Part shown: positions 9,303 through 17,308 of the stretch, piece by piece
How the letters are laid out: each line of letters opens with the position of its first letter
Numbering within the stretch: position 1 is the first letter of the stretch
Assembly (NCBI GenBank): GCA_009103225.1
Contig: RHPI01000777.1
Span: 276,181 to 293,488, forward strand
DNA length: 17,308 nt
Reading direction: 5' to 3'
From: Chlorokybus atmophyticus
Lineage: Eukaryota; Plantae; Mesostigma and Chlorokybus algae
Program-made: the position numbers and the translations under genes
Notes under the pieces: generated by a model
What the model saw: the letters and a program-made list of their open reading frames with translations, nothing else
The model's database searches: none
Told to the model about the DNA's origin: nothing

Positions 9303-10719
9303 CGGCCTCTGATAGTCCTACCAGACTGGTGTTGTGAGATACTGATGTTGCCTTCATTGCAGGTCAAGAGATAACGCTGCGCGTAGTGCTGTGGGCATGG
9401 ACGGGTGACCAGCCAGCGCAATGTGAGATAGGCCAGTTTAAGAATGGAGGCCTCGTCCCCTGCCGGCGTTGTCTCCTCAAAGCCACTTAGCACCAAGTGC
9501 CCCGGCGTGCTGAGCAGGGTGAAGCTACGAGGACACGTACTGACCATATTTATGGTGACAATTGCTACTATTGCCGCCATCCCCCAGCAGAGAGAGCAGC
9601 AAAGGATGCGTATGTCAACGCATGGTGGACTCACTCGAAGGCCAAAACCGAAAAGAAAAATCAATGGAGTGCGGCATCAATGGGAAATCTCCACTCTGGC
9701 GGTTGTGGCATTTGTATGAATTTAACCCTTGCCGCAACTGGGTCTATGACACTATGCACCTGTTGCTGGAGGGGCTTTGCAAGAGTTTGGTGCACAATAC
9801 GCTTGGTGCAGACAGTTTAAAGCATGTCCAAGACATTGCCGAGGTGGAGCGCAGGCTGTCCCAGATGCGCATAATACGCCCCATGGACTCGAAGAGCAAA
9901 CGTTTCCCAAAAGGCATCAGCAAGCACCTGGCTTGGTTCAAGGCCCAAGAATTGCAGATGTTCGTGCAGTATGCTGTGCCCTACTCTGTGTCCGATCTGA
10001 TAGACGAAGCAACCAGAGACGTCAGCTTTGCGCTTCACTTGCTCATCCGCATCTTCTTCCACAACTCTCGCCTACATGGATGGACTGCGGAGTTGTTGGA
10101 ACTTGCTGACGCTCTTTTATAATATTAGAGGGTCTACTTGGAGGACCTGTTTGGCACCAACAAAAGGCCCAACAAGCATGTGGCCGGTGCCGGTCACATT
10201 CTGGAGGACATCATCTGGCACGGGAGTCATGATATGTACTGGTGTTTTGTGCAAGAGCGCACTGTGTCCAACTATGTCAACACCTTCACCAACGGGAAGC
10301 AGTTTGAGATCATACACCAAGGAGATGGTTTCTGAGGACGCTCAACGTCATGCGAGAAGATCAGCGGATTGGAAGGCAGTTGTGCCACCGAGCTGATGAT
10401 GTAATGGCGTACTCTCAGCAGGTTTACCAGCCTTTGAGTGGAGCATGTAGTGACTGTCATTACGAAGTGCGCACTTAGAAGCACGCCATGGAGCTCTGGA
10501 CCCTTGATGAAAAATTCCCAGACTTGGAGCATGCGCGACTGATCAAAGAAAAGAGCATCCTTATTGGCAGCACCAGGAAGCCTGTCACTTTTGAGGGACC
10601 CTTGGCCTTGGAAACGCATTTAAAACATCACTGGCAACTTGCTTGCAGGCATACGCAAGTTCCGCGCATATCTGCGTAACGGGGTCATCTACAGGTGTAT
10701 AATTTCGTCTACGCCTTAT

Positions 10720-10919
10720 CCATTGCTGCGACCTGAAGACTCATAGGCACTGGACAATGTCTTCGAGGTATGCATTCCATTGCTGCGACCTGAAGACTCA
10801 CAGGCACTGTCCACTGTCTACGAGCTATGCAATCCAATACTGTGACCTAAAGTCTCATAAGCACTGAACAGTGCCAGTCCGATCTATGACACAGCAATGC
10901 ACGCGTGTGTCTTGCTTGT
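10720..10919. repeat. Intronic 57-bp tandem unit (about 2.7 copies) plus terminal block, copy 3
   Basis: Unit starts at 10720, 10777 and 10834 (ccattgctgcgacctgaagactcataggcactg...), inside intron 10695-10944. Confidence 0.9.
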
Positions 10920-11408
10920 AAAGCCTTTATATTGGCATTTGCAGACGCAGAGGCGTTGATAATGTAAAGATGGCGGACCCAACTGTCGCACCATGCCGGG
11001 TGGATGAGATTTACCTGTTCAATTGGCGGAAGTCAACTATCCATGTGCAAGTGCGGCCTTATTTCAAGAAGCGTGATGCCATGGGCAATGACTTAATTGA
11101 CAGAGACACCGGTGCACAGTGCATTGGGTGTTTGGCAGATGAGATTACGCTCATCAGTGGAGACCAGTTGCAACGCAAACTCTGGGTGTTGCTCAATCAT
11201 AATCTCGCAAATCATCAATTAGCGTACGACTATGACAGCACAGAGTTGAGAGTCACCGCAACCGACATCCCCTTGCCGGTGTGGTCAGAAAAGGGCGATG
11301 TCCTGAAGATGCGGCACAACGGCAAGTCCATTTTTGACTTCAGACTTCCGCATGAGTCCCCAGATGAAGATCCTGCTGACCCACCCCCTTGGGTTGTTGT
11401 GGTCAAAG

Positions 11409-11804
11409 TGTTGACATACACACGTGCAAATGACACGCCAACAACATCAACACAAGAGCATGACTGCTACTGCCGCCATAGCATCCGCACACATGCTACA
11501 TCGTGACCTCTTATCTTTATTGCAACAAGTCTGGGCTTTATACCCCGCCAGTCTCTACACACGTCTACATTGGCAAGCACCGCGTGCGCTATACTTAGCC
11601 GATTGCTGTTCTGTAAGCTATGCTGTCTAGCTCACAACCAGAGCTTTCCAACAAGCTAAGCCACGCCTGCTAAGCTTACGTATCCACAAAGCTACGCGGT
11701 TTCTCCCAACGCTCTACTCAGCATCTGGTCCGGAGTCCGTCCTGGCTCGACCATCTTGCTAAGTCCGGAGTCCACGTGCTCAGCCCATACCTTCAACCCT
11801 CAAC
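11409..11804 (-). mobile_element. Solo LTR related to the copia B LTR, inserted in a transposase exon
   Basis: Starts TGTTGA and ends ..CTCAAC. Shares collinear blocks with 16383-16807 (acacacgtctac, gcaagcac, caaccagagcttt, aacaagct, ccatcttgctaagtccgga). Protein-like reading resumes after it (PWVVVVK|FYMKGKLTG). No clean 5-bp TSD. Confidence 0.8.
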
Positions 11805-12456
11805 TTCTATATGAAGGGCAAGCTGACCGGATACAAGCATCACCCATGTAATACCTTCAACACAAAGAGGTGCAGTCCGACGGTCGTATGGTAGTCGACT
11901 ACTTGAAGAAGGCAGGGGGGAGGAGGCTAGGCGTCTGGGTGGTTAACACAGCTGCGAGCGACCAGGTGGAGGACCCTTTCTCAGCCAAAACAAAGCTCGA
12001 CTGGCCAAGGCAAAGGAGCAGCAGATGCAGCTTTGCATGGACGGAGAGGGGTAGAAGTGATGGACGGCAAATTCAACCAACACCGCATGTATTGGAAGCC
12101 AGGACAGCAGGCAGCAAGTGAGTATGTTTGCACTTACATTCACATGTTTGTAAAGTGTGTTTGTATCTGCGTCATAGACCAGTTTTAACAGCTGCGGACT
12201 ATGAAACAACTATGCGCACTGTGCACGTGTGCATGCGACTGCATGTGTAAAGGCCGAGCAAGCAGGGCAAGCAATGAACATGCAATTGCTATACATTACC
12301 GTATACAGTTATGCACATGTGTTCTGCAGGCTATGTACATTGAATGGATGCCTACAAGCCCAGTCTGCAGCTGCACTATGAGTCCAGCCTACAGCTGGAA
12401 CCAAGTACCTGGGTGCTACTGACTCAGTCTATAGTCCTGAACTAAATAGCTGGACA

Positions 12457-14059
12457 CTATGGTGGTGGTGGTGCTGGTGGTGGTTGCGGTTGTGATTATG
12501 ATTGTGGTGGAGCTGGTCGAGCTGATGGATGTCTGCTCAAGTAGTAGCCGATTAGGCCTTAATATTGTTCTCTGGTTTCGTGTGCGCCCTAGTGCGCAAC
12601 CGCTCGTTGTGCCTTAGTGAGATGTGCATATGATCGGTTCGCCATGTTCCGATCAAGCAGGAGCAAAGACTCCGTTAGTCTGGGCTGCAGAGCACCAAAG
12701 ACCTCCAGAGCGTTGGCGTACTGAGGGAGCCCATGTTCCACTCGCCGTTGATTGATGTTACGGAGGTAATGGTGCGCTATGTGTCGGATCAGAACACACA
12801 GCGCACCAGGATCACTGTCCCAAGTGGGTCGCGTCGGTTGATTGTTCCTCTGCGCTCAGGCATTACGAGCTTGTAGGCAGATTGCAAGCTCTGGAGCAAT
12901 GAGCTGTTGTTAACCTCGCAAGGACTGTTGTATGACCTGGGTAGTCTATCCTCCTCCTTCGCTTAACGAACGTGCCCGCGCGCCGGGACTTTCAGCTAGG
13001 AAGTCCTCCACCACAACCCGCATCCACTCATCAACTAGAACCTCTTCCATATGTATCTGTTGCTCTTTAAACTACTGACGTACAGCTTCCAACTGCGTGA
13101 CCCGCATATCATATTAATTGATCTCCCTTTGCTGCTCAAAGAACTCCTCTCGAAGTTCAGCCTCTGGCGGTAGTCCGGACGTGGAAGGAATGTCACCAGC
13201 TCCACCAGCTGCCGTGACACGCTGCAGCACCTGAAGCGTTTCCTCGAGCCTCTGCTGGGTATCTGAGAGCAGCATCTCTGTATGACTAACACGCTGCATG
13301 GCTTGAGCAGTGTTTTCTTCCGATCCTGCCAGGTCCGCCTATACCTTCAGAAGTTCCGGGTCGTCTTTGGTGGCTGGTCGTTTGCTGTTTTTTATAAGCT
13401 TCAGCTTGGACTTTTGGAGTTTGGCACTTTCCTGACGCAGGTGTTTCACCTCCGCATTCAAGGCGTCTGCTTGCCTGCTTTCCTTTGCTTGTAGCTTGCC
13501 CCCAGTCTCTAACTGTTGAAAGGCCAGCCGCTGGAGTTGTTTGTTAAGAGACTCCACTCTTGCTTGGAGGCGGTTCCTGTCATCAGTAATGGAGTTAACC
13601 TCTGTTTGCAGCTTGCGCCTAGCCTTTTGCTCCTGTTGAGAGGCCTGCAGGAGTTTTGCATTGCTAGACTGCACTGCTGCACGAAGCTTTTTTCTTGCCT
13701 CCGCACCCGTGCACGTCGCTCGCTCACCGGCATTGTCCACTCGAAGGCGGTCCGCCTCTTCGAGCGCCTTCTGCTGATCGGAGGACTCCTGCTGCTGAAG
13801 CTGGCCGCTACTCTCCTCTAGCTTCTTCGTGGCCTCCTCATGTGCCTTTAGCTGAGCGGAGGCCTCCTGCTGAATCTGGCGGATGTTCTCCTCCTACTTC
13901 TTTCTGGCCTCCTCACCTTGGCGCAGGCGCTCGCTCAGGCTCGCATTGTGCTCTCATAGGCGGTCCACCTCTTCAAGCGCCTTCTGCTGATCGGAGGACT
14001 CCTGTTGCCGAAGCTGGCCGTTGCTCTCCTGCTGCTTCTTCCTGACCTCCTCAGCTTGG
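12457..14059 (-). pseudogene. Long Q/E-rich coiled-coil ORF with a Pro-rich tail (candidate ORF2/TnpA-like gene of the CACTA element); 5' end cut by copia A
   Basis: One reading frame from 14058 to 12457 (QAEEVRKKQQE..LQTEVNSITDDRNRLQARVESLNKQLQ..WMRVVVEDFLAE..IAHHYLRNINQRRVEHGLPQYANALEVF..PQPPPAPPPP) with 12 in-frame stops. Confidence 0.7.
13707..14059. repeat. 213-bp (71-codon) internal duplication in the coiled-coil ORF
   Basis: gcgccttctgctgatcggaggactcctg at 13764 and 13977; similarity breaks exactly at 14060. Confidence 0.9.
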
Positions 14060-14403
14060 TGTGGAGAATATAGCATGGTTTGCAGTGTTCTCTACATGTA
14101 TAGCATATGACACTTATGAGCTATTGTCTCGTCAGCTTAGCTAGCCCTATTGTAGCTTATTAAGTCGGTACTTGATAAGCTACTCATAGATTGCAGTTGT
14201 ATGTATAGGCTGCAGGCAGCTACGACTGGTACAGTCTGGTCTGGTCTTTGGTAGGACTCAGACTGAGGGCCCAGAGCCTACAGGCCGCGGGTTATTGAAT
14301 GAGTTTACTCTCTGGTCAATACCTCTGGCGGTGTAGCTCTGCTCTTACCACTGTGCTGTGTATGCCTGTTGTGCATGGTTGCATGCAGCATCTCTAGTCA
14401 ACA
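14060..14403 (+). repeat. 5' LTR of copia A (344 bp)
   Basis: Begins TGTGGAGA where the flanking coiled-coil repeat breaks and ends GTCAACA directly before the PBS; predicted TSD CTTGG (14055-14059). Confidence 0.85.
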
Positions 14404-14417
14404 GGTCATGGGCCCAC
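14404..14417 (+). promoter_or_regulatory. Primer-binding site complementary to the anticodon arm of initiator tRNA-Met (half-tRNA priming)
   Basis: GGTCATGGGCCCAC versus GGTTATGGGCCCAC, the complement of plant-type tRNA-iMet GUGGGCCCAUAACC; one mismatch. Confidence 0.8.
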
Positions 14418-14569
14418 ATCTACGTGTGTAGAGCTAGCTACTGTGAGAGAGTGTTCTCCTCTGTGTGTGGGGTTGTTGGAGCTGATTGCTGGAGCTGAGA
14501 GGTGCAGCGGACAAGCAAGAGGACTGTGGGGTTCAGCTGTGAAGTTCAGCCAGCAGGAGAGACAGCAGG

Positions 14570-16382
14570 ATGGCAACCACTGGATCAGAGAAGGAGAAGT
14601 TCACCATCAAACCCTTGGGAGATGACAACTACGCCAGCTAGAGCTTTAAGATGAAGATGAAGATGAAGCTCATCTACACAGAGCTGTGGGACTACGTAGA
14701 CCCAAAGGGGAGTGCGCCAATTGGTAACGAGTCTGCATGGATGCGAAGCAGTTTGCGTGCTTTGGCTTTGATGAGTATACATGTTGAGCCCTTTTATAGG
14801 CTACTGCTACAGATGCAGTCTAATGCCAAGCATGCATGGGAAGCTTTGGAAAATATGTTCTCTACACGCTCTGTTGGTTGTAAGATTGAGCTCAAGCAAG
14901 CGTTCAACAACATGAGGAAGCTTGCTAGTGAGACAGTTACAGAGTATTTGGGACGTGCACAGAAACTCAGAAATGATTTGACCTCTATTGGAGATTCAGT
15001 CTCAGAGGATTTTCTATGCTTGAATGTGCTGTCTGAGTTGCCACGAGAGTTCGAGATTGTTGTGATCATGTTGGAGGGTATTAGTACCACTCAGAAGTTG
15101 ACCCTTAAAGAGATTTTGCCTATCCCGCTGAAGGCAGAATCTAGGATCAGGGGCAACGAGGCTGATGGAGAGTCCAGTGCGTTCTCTGCTCGAGCACAGT
15201 CATCTGGAGGAGCTGGTACCAGCGGTAACAACAATGGCAACAAGGGTGGAGATCAGAAGAAGCAGAAGAAGCCTTTTAAGGGGAAGTGCTTCCATTGCGA
15301 CCAATTTGGGCATCGGAAGAGTGATTGCCAGCAGCTGAGGTCAGCAAAGGGCAATCAGGGTGGACAGAAAGGAGTGGGTGGAGCAGTTGCCTTCACAGCA
15401 TCCACAGAGATCAGGCGTCATCCTGGGTGGGTGTTTGATTCTGGCTGTACACAGCATCTGACTCCAAATGCTGGGCTGCTACTCAACTACAAAGTTCAAT
15501 CCAGTCCACGGAGTGTGGAGGTTCTGGGTGGACAGCTGGAGGTAGCGGGTACAGGCCAATCAGTGCTTCATTATAAGACAGGAGAAGGTGTGTACAGGGT
15601 GGAGCTGAAGGAGGTTCTTCATGTTCCTCGTGCACAGGCTATCCTCTTCTCCATGAAGGTCGCATTGAAGGCTGGAGCTGATTTGTCAGGACAAGGAGCA
15701 GAAGTCTGTCTGCGCATTGATGGCAAGGTGTGTCTCATCGCGAGAGAACAGCAGGGCGGCCTTTACGTGATAGAAGAAGCTGAGACTGACACTGGTGGCG
15801 ACAGTTCCTGAGTCAACTGAACTTTGGCATCGAAGGTTTGGGCATCATGGCTATGACAACCTGCATCGTTTGGTAGCAGAAGATTTGGTCAGCGGCATCA
15901 ATGTGAGCAAGCTGCAGATCAAGCAGGCCAAAGGAGTGTTGTGCGAGCCATGTGTGTTGTCCAAGATGCATAGGCAACCTTTTCAGCGATCTGAGAGCAT
16001 CAGCGAGCATGTTGGACAGTTGGTACACACAGATGTGTGTGGTACACTCGAGCCATCAAAGGGGGGAGCATCTTACATTGTCACCTTTCTTGATGATTTC
16101 TCCAAGCTGTCATTGGTGCGTCCTGTGCAGCTCAAGTCAGATGTACCAGCTGTGGTGAAAGAGGTGGTGCTGTGGTTCAAAAATATGTTTGGCAAATCTG
16201 TGAAGACAGTCAGAAGTGACAAGGAGGGGAGTACCTGAAGAAAGAGCTATCTGCATTCTGGTCTTCGCAAGGCATTGTGCATTAGACAACAACACCGTAC
16301 ACTCCGCAGCAGAATGGTGCAGCAGAATGGCTGAATCTGACTTTTATGAAAAGGGTGAGAGCTATGCTGAGTGATGCAAAGT
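14570..16382 (+). pseudogene. gag-pol: Copia A gag-protease-integrase polyprotein, disrupted
   Basis: ATG at 14570; TGG->TAG at 14639-14641; UBN2-type gag; zinc knuckle CFHCDQFGHRKSDC; protease WVFDSGCTQH; LWHRRFGH..CEPC; HTDVCG, RSD, TPQQNGAAE. Frameshifts near 15795 and 16230, and a stop in GIVH*TT. Confidence 0.93.
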
Positions 16383-16807
16383 TGTTGAAGGACTAGCATG
16401 CACATGTAGTTGAGGCAAGCATAGATGCACAGAGACAGAGCTACCGCCACCAGAGCATACACAAGTCACATCACATTCATCTATTACAACTTGTCCACTG
16501 GTTCTTATACCAGCCAGTTACACACACGTCTACGTTTGCAAGCACTGCGTAAGCTATACTCAGCCTTTTAATGCGCTCTAAGCTGCGTTGTCTTTCTTAC
16601 AACCAGAGCTTTTTAACAAGCTCTCACACGCCTAATATGAGTAAGTATACGCGGAGATATAAAGCAGTTAGTAAGGCTCCTGTCTGGAGTCCGGAGTCTG
16701 GTCCGACGACGCCATCTTGCTAAGTCCGGACCTAGTGCTCGTCCTTACGACCTTCTACTCCTGTGTGGGTGGTCGATGCTGATCGTATTTAGGAATGACT
16801 CTCAACA
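16383..16807 (-). repeat. 3' LTR of copia B (425 bp)
   Basis: Terminal inverted hexamers TGTTGA (16383) and TCAACA (16802-16807); predicted TSD AAAGT (16378-16382). Confidence 0.85.
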
Positions 16808-16816
16808 CTCCCACGC
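16808..16816 (-). promoter_or_regulatory. Polypurine-tract-like site GCGTGGGAG of copia B
   Basis: Lies immediately 5' of the LTR's TG on the minus strand. Confidence 0.7.
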
Positions 16817-16849
16817 GAGCAGCTTGACCTCCAACGCTTGCTCCTGTAG

Positions 16850-17308
16850 TCAAACACAGATGCCAAGTCCTGCGCAACAAGTCTTGAACTTGAGCGGTGA
16901 CAATGGCTTTGTCATGAAGTCCGTCAGCATGCCCTCAGTGCTGCAATACTGGAACTCCACCTCCTTCCTTGTGACTCTGTCACGCACAAAGTGATGCATG
17001 ACATCAATGTGCTTCGTCCTTGCCGAGGCGATAGGGTGCTTCAACAACTTGATGGCTCCTTGGTTGTCACAGTTGATGACGATGCACGCCATGGGGTGCT
17101 CCAAGTCTGCCATGAGCTTACGAAGCCAGAGTGCCTCCTTCACTACTGCTGCCGCTGCCATGTACTCAGCCTCTGATGTAGATGCTGCTGTTGTTGGCTG
17201 CAGCCTGCTGTTCCAGCTCACCACGCCTCCGTTCAGCTTGAAGACGTAGCCTGTAGTGGACCTCCTGCTGTTGAGGTCACCAGCAAAGTCCGAGTCGCAG
17301 TAGCCCTC
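16850..17308 (-). CDS. pol: Copia-type RNase H (C-terminus of pol), uninterrupted within the window
   Basis: [60 protein letters not shown]; 153 codons to the stop with no internal stop. Confidence 0.95.
   Translation of the reverse strand, partial: EGYCDSDFAGDLNSRRSTTGYVFKLNGGVVSWNSRLQPTTAASTSEAEYMAAAAVVKEALWLRKLMADLEHPMACIVINCDNQGAIKLLKHPIASARTKHIDVMHHFVRDRVTRKEVEFQYCSTEGMLTDFMTKPLSPLKFKTCCAGLGICV

Larger units (their letters stand above)
7831..12117 (+). pseudogene. CACTA/EnSpm-type (Tnp2/Transposase_21-like) DDE transposase, spliced, with many stops and frameshifts
   Basis: CPTC zinc motif; GDPRNIALLIHADGF (D 8844-8846); LEPFLKSLVRDLENLYLNGF; WTGDQPA...PCRRC (D 9407-9409); VYDTMH (9748-9759); FKAQELQMF; HILEDI..HG....WCFVQER (E 10255-10257); LRNGVIYR. 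In-phase introns 9116-9362 and 10695-10944. Stops at 8101, 8158, 8971, 9488, 10120 and 10126. Confidence 0.85.
6323..14059 (+). mobile_element. Large CACTA/EnSpm (CMC)-like DNA transposon, decayed; right end not in the window
   Basis: Copia C sequence stops at ~6320 and is followed by ta|CACAGGGC, a GGACC-rich subterminal block, a Tnp2-like transposase and a convergent coiled-coil ORF. No matching inverted terminus was found, so the boundaries are inferred. Confidence 0.7.
14060..16382 (+). mobile_element. Ty1/copia element 'copia A': 5' LTR, PBS, gag, protease and integrase; interrupted by copia B
   Basis: TG..CA LTR, PBS and a gag-pol frame in copia domain order (integrase directly after protease). 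Confidence 0.95.
16383..17308 (-). mobile_element. Ty1/copia element 'copia B', 3' end (RNase H, PPT, 3' LTR), inserted in the copia A integrase
   Basis: Open RNase H frame followed by a PPT-like motif and a TGTTGA..TCAACA-bounded LTR; copia A coding stops at GCAAAGT|TGTTGA. Confidence 0.93.

Noticed and set aside
9741-9759. GGTCTATGACAC shared between the coding VYDTMH motif and the intronic terminal block
   Set aside because: A 12-bp match is expected several times by chance in 17 kb.
10720-10919. CRISPR-like array
   Set aside because: The units are contiguous 57-bp tandem copies without unique spacers, in a eukaryotic intron, and no cas genes are present.
12457-14058. Alternative genetic code (TAA/TAG = Gln, as in some ulvophyte algae) to explain the in-frame stops
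   Set aside because: Two internal TGA stops remain. The subtilase exons and the 386-aa gag ORF contain no internal TAA/TAG, the host gene ends on TAA, and TAG replaces a conserved Trp in gag. Mutational decay fits better.
7831-14059. RIP-like CpA-specific hypermutation
   Set aside because: Nonsense transitions are forced into these contexts, and CGA->TGA and TGG->TGA changes also occur. A consensus-based spectrum is needed.
14221-14230. TACGACTGGT as the inverted right end of the CACTA-like element
   Set aside because: It is only a 10-bp match, lies inside the copia A LTR and is not followed by CCCTGTG.

Overview
This is eukaryotic nuclear DNA, most likely from a green-plant-lineage genome (streptophyte alga or non-seed plant). 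That is an inference from the short GT-AG introns, the WAK-like and PDF1-like domains, and a PBS matching plant-type tRNA-iMet. Bases 104-2890 hold the 3' nine exons of a spliced gene that I reconstructed by hand. It encodes a bacterial-style S8 subtilase (KPDATAPDG, NFFGTSAAAPH), then a wall-associated-kinase-like Cys-rich ectodomain (GUB_WAK_bind-like), then a C-terminal PDF1-like domain, with no transmembrane or kinase domain. Two small frameshifts sit in its 5' exons. Bases ~2900-5340 are unexplained. From ~5340 to the end is a nest of transposons: a copia RT fragment (-) apparently cut by a large CACTA/EnSpm-like element. That element has a CACAG terminus candidate, GGACC subterminal repeats, a spliced but decayed transposase, and a convergent coiled-coil ORF. 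It carries a solo LTR and a copia element (+), which in turn has a younger copia (-) inserted in its integrase. Three introns of the transposase share a 57-bp tandem unit. All domain calls come from remembered motifs, not from database searches.
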